The notes beneath the pieces are model-generated. The model had not been told where the DNA came from, did not search any database, and saw nothing but the letters and a program-made list of their open reading frames with translations. From assembly GCA_030704615.1 (NCBI GenBank), contig CM060734.1:27218001-27282000 (forward strand): 64,000 nt of DNA, written 5' to 3'. Source of the stretch: Takakia lepidozioides (Eukaryota > Plantae > Bryophyta). This document shows, in pieces, positions 47,483-59,634 of the stretch; within the stretch, counting starts at the first letter, position 1; the number at the start of each line of letters is the position of its first letter. The translations under genes were made by a program, and so were the position numbers.

Positions 47483-50400
47483 AGGTTAGCTATTTCATGA
47501 GCATGAGCGGCATGAGTAGAGTAGCAAGACAATCGGTTTTCATGAGCAGAAGTACAAATTTTGGAAATAAAAAACATTTAAAAATATTATTTTAATGGAA
47601 TGTGTCAGAAAAAAAACAATATAATATTTATTGTTTGAAGGAAAAATTGTAGTTTTGAGAGCCGTGCTCATGATATTTCCTCTTCCGCTCATGCGAATTC
47701 CGAGCGACATCTGCAAAAATGGCGCCGAATTTCGCGGTAATAGGTTTCGAAACCGAAAAAATCTGCGACGTATTTCGCGGTAATAGGTGTACCTGGCGAA
47801 AAATGGTGCCGAATTTCGCAGCTATAGGTCCCAACATGGCAGGTGTGTAAGCCGAAAATTTGGAAATGTGGCGCCGAATTTCAGTACATGGTGCCGGGGA
47901 TTGCACAGATGTTAGGCAGTTATGGGCCATGTAACTGGAAATTCAGCGCCATTTTTCCAGACATCGTTCCCGTGCATGTTGGGACTTAGCCAGTTTTCGG
48001 CCCAAAATAGGGAAATTTGGCGCCATTTTTCCTGAAATGGCCCCACAACTGCTACTGTTGGAACTCAGTTTTCTGGAATATTGCCTGTCTCATTCCTGGA
48101 GTTTTGGGGTGCATTTCATTACAATTCAAAGACTAATGCATCAAAATGCAATTGAAAATATCCATATGGTGGATTCCCTTTGCCCCATCAATGATTTTTG
48201 GAATCCCGGCAGAGGAGTTTGTGCAGCTCGTTCACGCTCAACGCTGGTGCATGAATAAAGTCATCAATAGTCAAGTTCATCTTCAACCTCTTCAGAAAAA
48301 AGAAATACAGATGCTTGCACGGATAATACTTTGAACCATTCTTTGCTTCCATCAACGAGAAGTCTATACAATTGCAAGTGGGCTCCACTCCAATCGTAAT
48401 TGTGTATACGTCGTCGCATACAGCTGAGCCAGCCATTGCCATCCGATAAACATGCCCAAGGCCGGGTGGGGGTACGTCCACGGAGCTCTGAATAGTGCAA
48501 GTCATCCCAAGAGCATTGGCAATCCGAGTCTCATTCAACTTGTTGGGAGGGTGTCATCTCTTCACTCTTCCGAATCGCATTGTGGGATGTGCAGAATTGT
48601 CCAATCCGTTTCTACTAGACCGAGCAGTCTGCAATGGCTGCGTCTGAGGAACAGGAAATGCGTGGGCCAGAACGTCTGTGCGTTGCACCATTTGAAATCC
48701 TGCTGCAGAAACATCATCCGCCTCATTCTGAGAGAGGTTGCAACCCGGTGCAACAGGCTAGACGCCCGGAGGCTCCGGCATTCCCTGAATCCTGTACTTG
48801 GGCTTGCCAAATACACAGGTCATTATGTCGTGCCTACAAAACCAAAACGTCTGTGTTGTGGCGTGAGCAAATGTGGGAATCAAAAATCTGCCGCTGAAAT
48901 AAGGTGCAGGTACAGCACCGTGTGGGTTCCTCCGAATCATCTCACCACAACGTGCTCTCGTATCCACTCGGATGGCGCAACACTTCCCTCGAAATGCTGG
49001 CAATGTCCTTGCAATTCTCCACTGTGACTCCGACACTCTTGTCTCCACAATGGGTATGTTGTATTGCGTTACTACAGATGGCTCGTTATGTTCCTTGGGC
49101 ACGTGCCCTGTGCTCAAAAGAGATGACGATCTTGAACGTGCAGGACTTGCGGTGCTCAACGAGACCTCCTCGGGCAACATCACGGGACCACGAGGGAGCG
49201 TGCGAATATTCTTGTCAGCTCGCCATGAATCCTCTTCTCCGCCAGGTGCCTCGTCAAGTCTTCGTCTCACTGGATGGGTGTGAACATCTCCTTCCAAGTG
49301 TTGGCCTCTTCGAAGTAATGGCGTGTCCCGAAGGCCCTCTCGCAAGGCTGCCGCCCACTTGCAAGGATTCTTCGATCTGGAGGCAGTCCGCATCAGCATT
49401 TCCTGCCTGTCCGGCCCCAAGCCCCACTGTTTCCCTTTCAAGAACTCATTGTACCTGCATTGCTGTATAATTGACCTGACAATGTCCTCCGTTGTGGCAG
49501 TGAGGATGTCCACCAGATGCGCCGCAGAGGAGGCACGCCGGGAAGAATGTACTGATTCGGCCATGTTTGTTGTCGGCATGTCGGTGTCGGAGTCCATACA
49601 CATTTCCTGCACATGCACATGTTGAGGTTACAAGCAAGTTACAAATAACGAGTAGCATAATATTCAACGGGACGCGAATTCGTCCAACTCACCTCCCGCA
49701 TATAGTCGCCGAACTGGAAGAAACGATAATGCCACCATGCTAGCCAACTGACCATTGCTCCCTTGTCTGATTTCTTTACAGCACCTGACGTTGTCCACCA
49801 AGCCCGTATACATGCAAACTGTGTCTCTGCATCATCCAAGGTGGGAGCACGCTTCCATGCAAGACACATGGAACGGTGCTCCTCTCTGAAATCTGGCGCC
49901 ACGAGCCGGGTTGTTTACTGCGACAAGCTCTGCAGAAAATGGAACCCACAAGATCTCTCCTTGCCTTCCATCGGAACATTGGGGTCCTCCCCGTACACCC
50001 TTCGGATGGCAGCCCAACTTGCTTGTGCGTTGTCTGCCATGAAACCACGGAAATTGGGAGGGGGCAATCCCGCCCTGGCCATCTGTTCGTTTATTCCCTG
50101 CCAAAGAAGCATCTCCGATTGTGTGTCCTCTCCTTTCATCTCACAAATAGCAATTGTCATTAGCATCCTGCAGTGGGTATCGTAGACATGTGCAACCATT
50201 GTCACCCACTGGTGATTTGTAATTCGCTTGATATGGTCGAACATGACCCAACCCCATTTGTCATCCGGTCGACCAGTTTGACGCCGCTGCCATGCCCACA
50301 CGTGGACATTTTGAATACGAAACAACGATCTGCCTCAGTCCCTTGTCCAGGAAACCTACTTCCATGAATGTAGTCATATCCACATCGTCGCTTCACCTCC

Positions 50401-51720
50401 ATAATGGAGTACATATCCAAGCCACGCCCAATTTTCTGTTTGCAGGAGACAATGTGGTTTCGGACATTTGGTGAACAGACGTGGGACACTGACCCCAGCA
50501 ATGCCTCCATTTCCTTCTCATCGAGAGGAACTCTGTCGGAGCCGTCTTTCGACATAATTCTGGCCAATGCCATCTTATGCTGTATCTGTTTGGGTTTGGC
50601 ACCAGGTCTCAACTTAACCTCCTCCTGAACGAGCTGCTCTGCCTCGTGGGCAGCCTCCCGCGAGTTCCTCCTCGCCAATTTGTGACAATGGGAACCAATG
50701 TGTATGCAAGCTCGTGTGAGGTCAGGGAAACGGTGCAACACATAGAACTGCTTGGCATTACAAACAGACATGCAATGTGGTGGTTCTTTGCAATGCGCAC
50801 ACTTAAATGTGGAGTTTGGAACTTTTCCTGAGCTCGAAATGGTTGATGAGCTGTGCCTGTCCAATCCGTCTCGTTCCTGTGACCTCTGGATTTAAAGTGG
50901 AAGCAAGTTGGGGAGAAACACCGCAACGCGCCCGCACAAACAACGTAGCGCACCCAGCACACCATCGAGCATCTTCATGCTGGTGGTTTTGGTGACGCAC
51001 CAAGGATGACTGTCATGTTTCCTATCCATATCTGTCAACATTCCGGACGCCCTGGAATAGTCCGTTTGAGGAGGGAACTCAAAGAACATATTACCGTCGA
51101 CGTCTGCGGGAAGGCATGTAACGGATTTAATTGTCGAACTGCTGTGTTCGTGCTGGGAATATGACTCCCTTGTCCGCTGATGTCCATTGAGGACTTGCCT
51201 GATCTCCAGGATGATCTCGGAACTTCCATGACCTCATCGGAGTCAGACAGGTTGTGAACAACCCGGTTCTCGCTCGTCTTCATTGATGGGTTCGGCTCTA
51301 GATCTATTTCGTTGCGGACTTCTCTCTTTGAGGTACCCACTCTCTGATTCGCGGATTGTTTCGTGGAAGGCACCAGGATAGAAGGCGCATTTGGCGGGCA
51401 AATGAAGTCCCCAACAGCCCTGTATATGACGCTGTCCGATGGTGGAACTCGCCATTCCCTGCCGTCGCCAAAATCATCGTGGAGCACAACAATACTTTCG
51501 ACTACAACTCCGTTTGAATCCTTCCTTTCCTCCTCCAAAAATACCGACCCCAATTTCAGGTGGTATCGAGCGCAGAGATATTTCTCCATCACCCGGCAGA
51601 TCTCCCCTCTCCACAGAAATGTAGCTCTATGCTCGTGAGGAGGGCAGTACACTATAGCGCTCGGGTTTTCTGCCATGGGAGATGTGCACACAAGACTGCC
51701 AGGACGGCGTTCGGACAAGC
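47482..51720 (-). mobile_element. Mutator-like (MULE) DNA transposon; one terminus at 47482, other end replaced by the chromovirus fragment
   Basis: Sharp junction with Gypsy pol at (g)aggttagctatttcatgagc. Subterminal aaaatggcgccgaatttc repeats at ~47715-48030. Transposase gene on the minus strand. Confidence 0.75.
48188..51676 (-). pseudogene. MULE-type transposase: GCM/WRKY-like Zn domain, DDE core, C-terminal SWIM finger
   Basis: MDRKHDSHPW…CAGALRC…CAHCKE…CNAK…HIGSHCH; WVMFDH, FMADNAQA, CGFH, TTNMAESVH; YTITIGVEPTCNCIDF…PCKHLYF. Intron at ~49607-49691 and several frameshifts. Confidence 0.8.
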
Positions 51721-51729
51721 GCCCTGGGA

Positions 51730-52930
51730 GAAGGGGGGATCGAGGCAGAGGAGTATGTCAAGACATGCACCACATGCCAACAAAACCGGAGCGAGTACAA
51801 AAAGCAAGCGGGGCTGTTACAACCCTTGCCGATTCCAGAGGGGACTTGGGAAAGCGTCTCGATGGATTTCATGACTACTATGCCGCTGTCAAAAGGATTT
51901 GATGCAATCATGGTGGTGGTAGATAGGTTCAGTAAAATGGGCCATTTCATCCCCACCAAGGAGACGGCAACGGCGCAGGAGACAGGGCGACTTTACTTCG
52001 CCCACGTCTTAAAGCATCATGGAGTCCCGAAGGATATTGTCTCGGACCGCGATCCAAAGTTTACGAGTAAATTCTGGAGAGCACTTTGGAAGAAGATGGG
52101 GACGAGGCTGAAGATGAGCACCGCCTTCCGACCTACGACGGACGGCCAAACGGAAAGAGTGAATTCCGTAGTGAAGCAATTCTTGCGGAATTACGTGTCG
52201 GCAAACCAATCAGACTGGATGGAACACTTAGACGCGGCAGAGTTCTGTTATAATAACACAGAACACTCCGCAACGGGAGTTTCCCCTTTCGTGTTGGTCT
52301 ATGGAAAAGCACCTCTGGTGCCGACAAGTTGGGCCGCCCAGGACGTTGAGGAACCGGCAGTAGCGGCGGTACTGGAAGAACGCGAGCGTTTGTTGAAGCT
52401 CGCAAAGTACAATATTGCCAAAGCTAGGAAACGGTATGAAAGGCAGGCGAATCGGAAGCGGAGGGAAGTGAAGTTTGAGGCAGGCACAGAGGTCTGGTTG
52501 AACATCAAGAATTTCCCGACTACCTCCGGAAGTGAGTCCGAAGTTCGTGCCTCCGTATGCGGGACCCTTTCGCATTCGGAAGGTTATGAATGAGGATGTG
52601 TATGAATTGGAGCTGCCGGCAAACAGCAAGGTGCACCTTGTATTCCATGTCTCCCTTTTGAAGCCTTACTTCAAAGATGAAGCGCGTCCGAATCGGCATC
52701 AAGTGTTGCGTCCGCTACCTATGCTGTTGGATCATGAAAATGAACCTGAGTACGAGGTGGAGGCAATACTTAAGTCGAGGAGGTTCAGGAACCGAGAAAC
52801 GGAGTATCTCGTCAAATGGAAGGGCTATCATCATGTGGAGGCATCTTGGGTGCGTGCCTCAGAAATGGGAAACGCATCCGAGGCGGTTGCAGCTTTCGAA
52901 GGGCGACCTCAAAAGCGGAAGAAGCGTTGA
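51730..52930 (+). pseudogene. Integrase with GPF motif and C-terminal chromodomain (one frameshift ~52515)
   Basis: CTTCQQ…GLLQPLPIP…SMDF, VDRFSKM, SDRDPKFTSKFW, TDGQTERVN; YAGPF; EYEVEAIL…EYLVKWKGY…ASW. Confidence 0.95.
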
Positions 52931-52964
52931 TGGGGACATCAACCTTGGAGCGTGGGGGAGGAAA

Positions 52965-54569
52965 TGCATGCTTAGCCCGGTTTAGCTAGCTCAGGAATCC
53001 GATTGCAAAAACTTGTATTGTACCAAAAAAAAAAAAAATGTTATAAAGGAAATGGGTTCCAAATATTGTGCGTCCTATTGTGTTTGGAATGGTGATGCAT
53101 GGTGTGGTTGGCTAGTGTGTAGAATGCATGCTAGCTTACAAAAGTGGGAGAGGTAAATTGGGTTAATCGTGTGTTTACGCAGTGCCGAAATCGGGTGACT
53201 CCCATCCAAGGGGCAAGGAAACTTGCGCCTTATTTGGGAGTTCACATGCTAGTGCGCACTTGGCGCGTGCGCGTACTATAACTGCGCTACCGAGGGGGGT
53301 GCCTTGTAGTGCGGGCTAACGCGGAAGCTACGTGCTTCCGTTCACGTACTATAATCGTGTAGCCTCAGGACGAAGTCGTAGTGCGGCTTTGGCGTGATCC
53401 CGTACCTCAGGCCAGCATTCCAAGGCGGACCCAATTGTAGTGATTGGGGCGCACGGTTGGTTCAAGGTTATCTTCCTAGTCAAAGAGGGTTCCAGGTGAA
53501 CCCTTGCTCAAGGTGATGCCAAAAGCGGCATCATGAGCGATCGCAAGCAATGTTGTTGCAGTAAGGCGATTCGATCCTCGGGGAGGATCGTTCCTTGGCC
53601 TTGAAGTAGGCCAAGAAGAGTGCACTGGGAGGAGCTTGAGAGGCTCCACCCTTGGCTGGGACTTGGAGGAAGTCGGCCGAACTAGCTAGTGGAGAGTAGA
53701 GTCAAGTGTGGGGTTTGGTTCTTTGCCATGGGACGCCATGGTGCGGAAACAAACTCCTTGATGTGGGACGCCACAACTTGGATGTTCATTTCTACAAAAT
53801 GGACAAGTCGATGAGGACATCGACTCCCTGTTGGTAGGGGTGTGTGTCGCGGCCCTTTGCCTTGAGGGCAGGGGGTCGGGACACATGAGGGGCTGCCCCT
53901 GTGGTGGGGGCAGCGGCAGCGATAGGTATGGGGGCTGAGGCACCCTTGAGTGCCCAAGGCACTCAGGGAAGCGGAGGCGCTCACTAGGTGGAGCCCCGCA
54001 CACCGGGTTGCGGTGGGGGTGGCTCCACAAGGGGTGGTGGTAGCTTAGTGGGACTTAGTGGGGGTGGCATAGGACTCACCATGGGGGCGGAGACCTTGTG
54101 GTGGGAGTCGTGGGGAGTCTTGGGACTCATCACGGTCCATAGGGGCCGTGGTGAGCGGGCCAAGACTCACCGCGACTCACCACCGGGAATCGAGGGTCTT
54201 CGTGGTGGTTCGCCATAAAATGGCATGGCTGGTTGTGAAACCCCCGCGGACAGCTACAGAAGTATATATAGGGAGTAGTAACCCCGAGAACGGTGCAAGC
54301 CCGTTGGTGACCAAAAACTAGTGAGTAAGCGAGCGAGCCGGAAAGCGACCAAAGAGTGGGGAGCTGTTCCGGACTGCCAACTACCAAAGGGAATTCCACT
54401 AGGCCCAAATAGGTGGAGGGTCTTTCGGGAGAGCGTAGGGGGGACCGTTATGTCCCGGTGAGCAGCCGAAGCTCCAAGTTGGCCCGGCGGCCGGTTGGGA
54501 GTCAGGCGCGCGCATCAAAGCGAGTAACTATGACATGAGGGGGAGCTTACCGAAGTGAGGTGCGCGACA
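52965..54569 (+). repeat. Probable chromovirus 3' LTR (~1.6 kb)
   Basis: Starts TG after the PPT, TATATATAGGG at ~54262, ends …GCGCGACA where tandem-unit sequence resumes. Confidence 0.65.
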
Positions 54570-57500
54570 TTTCCAGCCCCTATGGCATAACTATCCAGGG
54601 TTTGGAATCTACTTTGAAGAGGGAGAAACCTTATGAAGGGGTCTGGTATGCACTCCTTTACGGGGTGAGTGCATACTACACTCACTCTATAAGGGACTGC
54701 CATACCAGGGGCTGGTTGGTGGGTGCCCCCTCTCTCCCTCTGTCTCCCTCCATCCTTGGAATTGGCCGGTTTTATCAGTGTTAATTTCCTATGTTTTCAT
54801 CCATACCGGATGGACTCTGGCAGTTTTTTCACCCGTCCTATAATGATTTTTCATCCATACCAGATGAACTACCAGGGTGGACACTGAATTACCTCTAACA
54901 TGAGTCTCTGATTTTTCATTCCACTTTTATTGACTTTCATCCATACCGGATGAGTCACCAGAGAATGAGGAATTACCTCTGTGGGGGTTGCCACTGGCAT
55001 CATATTTTCCATCCATACCGGATTAAAAATGCCAGGATATTAATTTTTTCATTCCTCTTTTATTGCTTTTTCATCCGTACTGGATGAGGCATTTTTGGGA
55101 TGTGGAATTACCTGTAAGGATGTAAAACCGATGCCTTGGATGTTATTTCCTGTTTTTTCATCCTATTGCTGGACTTTTTCCAACGGATGAACTCAATTAA
55201 TTTTTTTCATCTGAACCGGATGAAGTGTACAGCTTTTGATGGCCCTGGACTGATATTAATTACCCCCAATTATGGTTAGTTAAGTTGTGAAACCCTAACC
55301 CCTACCCTAAAACCTACCGTTTAACATGCTACGGATAAAATCCGTCGGGTTTTAAAGGATGTGGTGTTGATTATTCATCCTGCACGGATGAAAAATCGGG
55401 CAAGAGCCCTAGGATGTCTCTCCCGCCGTCAGAAGCACGAGCAGTGCTTCTGAGCTCGTGGGAAGAGCGTTATGGCGTCTGCGTTTTGCTGCTACCCTGT
55501 TTGCTGCATCGTACCCGTGCTGGGCGATCTCCTGGGGATGCGCAATGGCGGCGCTTTGTTTTTTCTTACAGGCGGGAGACAATGCTGTGAATGCATCGTC
55601 TCTTTCCCTCCTGTGGCTTTTAATTTTTGCAGCGGCGCTTGTGTGGGGAAGTATCTCTCTCTCCCTTCTTAAACCTAGCAAGTGTGCTTGTATGCTTCAC
55701 TTCTCCTTTGCTTTGCTAGAGGTGGCTTGCTGGTGGTGATGGCGCACAGTTCTCTTCCCCAATCGCTCAAGGTGCTTTTGGTGATTAGGGTTCCTTTTGT
55801 TTTATGTCTTTCTCTCTCGTTTTTGAGGTTCTTAGTTGACATCGATGACAAGTATAGGGGTCTGTGATTCACCTGGGGTTCCACAATCCTCACTAACCTG
55901 TTGGTTTTTGTGGGGGCTTGTGATGGGACCAAGTGAGGATCCATACTTGCTTTGAATTCTCTTGAGCTTGCAGATATGGATGTGGGCAAAGGGAGCCTAT
56001 TGTGTATGGCGTCTTGACGTGGCTGCTGCCTGCAGCCCCGATTTTGGCCCGCTTGCTCCTGGTTTGGCATGCTGAGGCTTACTTTTGACTTATGTTTTGC
56101 TGCTTTTGATGGAGCATCTCGGCCTGGCAGGCCTGTCTCTTGAAGCCCAACATCTGGACCTTACCTTGTCTTGTAATCTTTGATAGCGGTGCCTGTGGAT
56201 TATTAAGCTAGGTACTGTTTTGGCCTTAAAGAGGAGGTCAGTTTTATGGGTAAGGCCTCAGTGGCTATTAGGTTCTAAGGAAGAGGAGGCCCTGATTTTT
56301 AAGATGGCAACCTGATAAGGCACTGACATGCCTCTTTCAGACCTGAATTTGGTGTGGAATGGAGCATAGTGAGGTTTATTTGCAAACCCTGGCATAAGCC
56401 TGCTGGAAAACAGTGTTGGTAAGCTCTACTGGACCTTTGCCAAAAGTTATTAGCCTTGTATTGCCATTAGGCCAGTTGCCTGCAATGTATGGATTATTTT
56501 TTGGCCAAGACGGCTTGGTGCCGGGCACTCAAGATGTTTGTGTGTCCATGTCTTGAATCTGTAATATGGTAGGCCATTTTTCCATTCCCAAGATGCCTTG
56601 CATGATGCATGTCTTGGGGCAATTATGAATGGTATAGAATGGGGCTGCAATTTGTCTTGTCATGCCCAAGAGGGTTACTTGGTTGCATGTTTGGAAACTG
56701 AAAAAACTGCAGGCTGGTCCATCAAGATGCTTGTGTATACATGTCTCGAATCTATAGTATGACAGGCTGGCCTTGCATGATGCATGTCTTGGGGTAATTA
56801 CAAATGGTAAAGAATGAGGCTGCAATATGCTTTGTCATGCCCAAGAGGGTTACTTGGTTGCATGCTTGGAATTTGCCCAAACTGTAGGCTGGTCCATCAA
56901 GATGCTTGTGTGTACATATCTTGAATCTATAATATGGCAGGTTGTTCTTACTTGCCCAAGATGCCTTGCATGATGCATGTCTTGGGGTAATACTGATAAG
57001 GTAGGCTGCAAATTAAATTTTGTCATACCCAAGATGTTTGCTTGAAGGGCATGTCTTGATTCTGTAATATTGCAGGTTGGCTTCACATACACAAGATGTT
57101 TTGCTCTAGAATGCATGTCTTGTTGTAATTATGATGCCAGGAAAGGGTATGACAGGCTGCATCAATCTGATTTTTCAGTACACAAGATGTTTGCTTATAT
57201 GCTTGTCTTGTTGTCATGACCTGTTTATAAACAAACCCCGCTCTCCCACCCTGTTTTATCATGTATGATTGGGTGAAATCAATTGGGAAGTCATGACTAG
57301 AATGGAAGTGTTAGATGGTGCCCTGTTTATGGGCTGTTTATGTCTTTAATTGACAATGACCCTAGTAGGGTCTTGTCCATGTCTTGACATGACATGAATA
57401 TCTTCCCACTCTTCATTTCCCAGTGTACTTGTTGGTTCTTGTACACACCATCTACCACTTTCCTTTCTGGTTATTTCTTCATCATGTTGATATACTAACA

Positions 57501-57905
57501 TGGTTTTTTTCTGGCCTGGCAAAAGGTCCCTCCATGACAAAGATATGGAGCAATGACCTTCATAAGGTATGTCCTCAAGCAAAAACTTGTTGGTGAAATT
57601 AAGCACGGAGGTCTTTAAGATAAGCATAGTGCTTTCGAGTGTTGTCTTCATACTGATATATTGAGAGAGGCTTTGCTCTATGTAGCACCACTAAGCAAAT
57701 ATGCATATGTAATATGCTATGTGCTTATCATACCTTTGGAAAAACTGGCCTTAAAACTAGGATGGTGTATAGATGGGCAGCAAGTTGCTACCATCCTGCG
57801 TTACACTTGTTTGGACGGGTTTGTCTCGTGTTCTCTTATCCCTTTTTGCTGATCCATGACACCCAATTATTGGTCCTTAAACAAGGAAAGGCAAGGAAGT
57901 AGGCC
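54570..57905. repeat. Complete 3336-bp tandem unit of the non-coding hairpin-terminated repeat family
   Basis: Order: module, TTTTCATCC-rich tract, body (= 6465-8565), spacer. The sequence restarts at 57906. Confidence 0.9.
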
Positions 57906-58415
57906 TTTCCAGCCCCTATGGCATAACTATCCAGGGTTTGGACTCTCCTTTGAAGAGGGAGAAACCTTATGAAGGGGTCTGGTATGCACTCTTTTACGGG
58001 GTGAGTGCATACCACACTCACTCCATAAGGGACTGCCATACCAGGGGCTGGTTGGTGGGTGCCCCCTCTCTCCCTCTGTCTCCCTCAATCCTTGGAATTG
58101 GCCGGTTTTATCAGTGTTAATTTCCTATGTTTTCATCCATACCGGATGGACTCTGGCAGTTTTTTCACCCATCCTATAATGATTTTTCATCCATACCGGA
58201 TGAACTACCAGGGTGGACACTGAATTGCCTCTAAGACGAGTCTCTGATTTTTCATTCCTCTTTTATTGACTTTCATCCATACCCGACGAGTCACCAGAGA
58301 ATGAGGAATTACCTCTGTGGGGGTTGCCACTGGCATCCTATTTTTCCATCCATACTGGATGAAAAATGCCAGGATATTAATTTTTTCATTCCTCTTTTAT
58401 TGCTTTTTCATCCGT
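57906..58415. repeat. Partial second tandem unit
   Basis: Direct repeat of 54570-~55078. Confidence 0.92.
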
Positions 58416-59634
58416 TGGGACTTAGAGTGAGCGAGCGGGAGGTAGGGCAAACATGCATGGGAGGCCCGCAGTTGGAGCAACCTTCATATCTGAAGCAAGC
58501 AACCCTAGAAACGCTAGGGTATGTGTGCGAGGAGGTTTCGGCTGGGAGCTCGCCGTTATTGGGAGAGTCAGCTTGGTCTTAGCAGGCCCTGTTTCAATCT
58601 CTACCCGCTCAGCTGCACCGTGGTGGTTCTCACAGACCAATCCGACATTACCTGACTACAGACACAAGCAGCACACATAAGAGGTCCTCTTGGGTTCATG
58701 GTCAGTCAAATCCTCCATGGGTCAATTAAAATAAATTCTACTCTCTCATTGCGCATTTGCCCTCGAAGTTGTAGCTCCTCAGCTGAAGAGGGCTCCATCA
58801 CACTTGTTCTAGCATTCACAGGTAACATACCCAACTCGTGTAATTTCCATGGGATGCCAATTGTAGACACGATGGGTGCGAATTAGGGCGATAATCTGCT
58901 GGAGATTTCAGTACACCACAGTCTTGGACTGGCTTCGCAGGAGTGAATCTCAGCAGATGGCTTGAAGTTGACAGGATCATGAGGCCTTATCTATCTCCCA
59001 TATAAGTTAGCTTCTGACTTGGCACTCGTTGTGACGATACTGAAACATGTTTTGGCTGAGCATGTGGTGCAATTATTTGAAGGAGCTGGTGGGATTGAGC
59101 TCTCGCTTGTGAAACATGGTGGGGGTGGGAAGAACACAGACATGGACCAAGTATCCTTTAGCGCTAACCAGTTCGGTGCTATCACAACACCCAAAATCAG
59201 CATGTTGAATGCAGGTAATGTCTTCCTCTGCCGTTGGGATGAATTTCTCTGAAGGTGGGAATGGGAGATATTCTTGTCGTCTCTCTGTTCGATCAGCTCC
59301 ACCAAGGTGAGGGTTAGACACACAGCCAGGAGTTTATAAAGGTCGAGGACAATGTGGTGAGGGCACCTTCTTCTTTGACCTATTTTAGCCTGTTTTGCCC
59401 TCTCATCAGACTCGTCTTCAGGCCGTTGGCATGTCGGACATTTACTATCTCCTTTACCTCTCTACATCTGGTTTTGTGCAAAGATGGACTCCCCAACTTG
59501 AGTTTAAATTTCAGGTCTGGTGTCAAGGGTAGAGGTAGGCCCTTCAGATCATCCTCAAGGTCCTCTATGCCCCTATAATCAGGTACGGGGAGAGGTGTAC
59601 TTCAACCTGACCACATCACGTTGGTTTGTGGGGG

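Larger units (their letters stand above)
51730..54569 (+). mobile_element. Chromovirus (Ty3/Gypsy) 3' half: integrase, chromodomain, PPT, 3' LTR
   Basis: Truncated within the integrase Zn finger. Purine tract GGGGGAGGAAA at 52954-52964. The flank after 54569 matches 57906 onward. Confidence 0.9.

Noticed and set aside
58690-59600. Coding-like minus-strand fragments (e.g. GIEDLEDDLKGLPLPLTPDLKFKL)
   Set aside because: Interrupted by stops and no family could be recognised.
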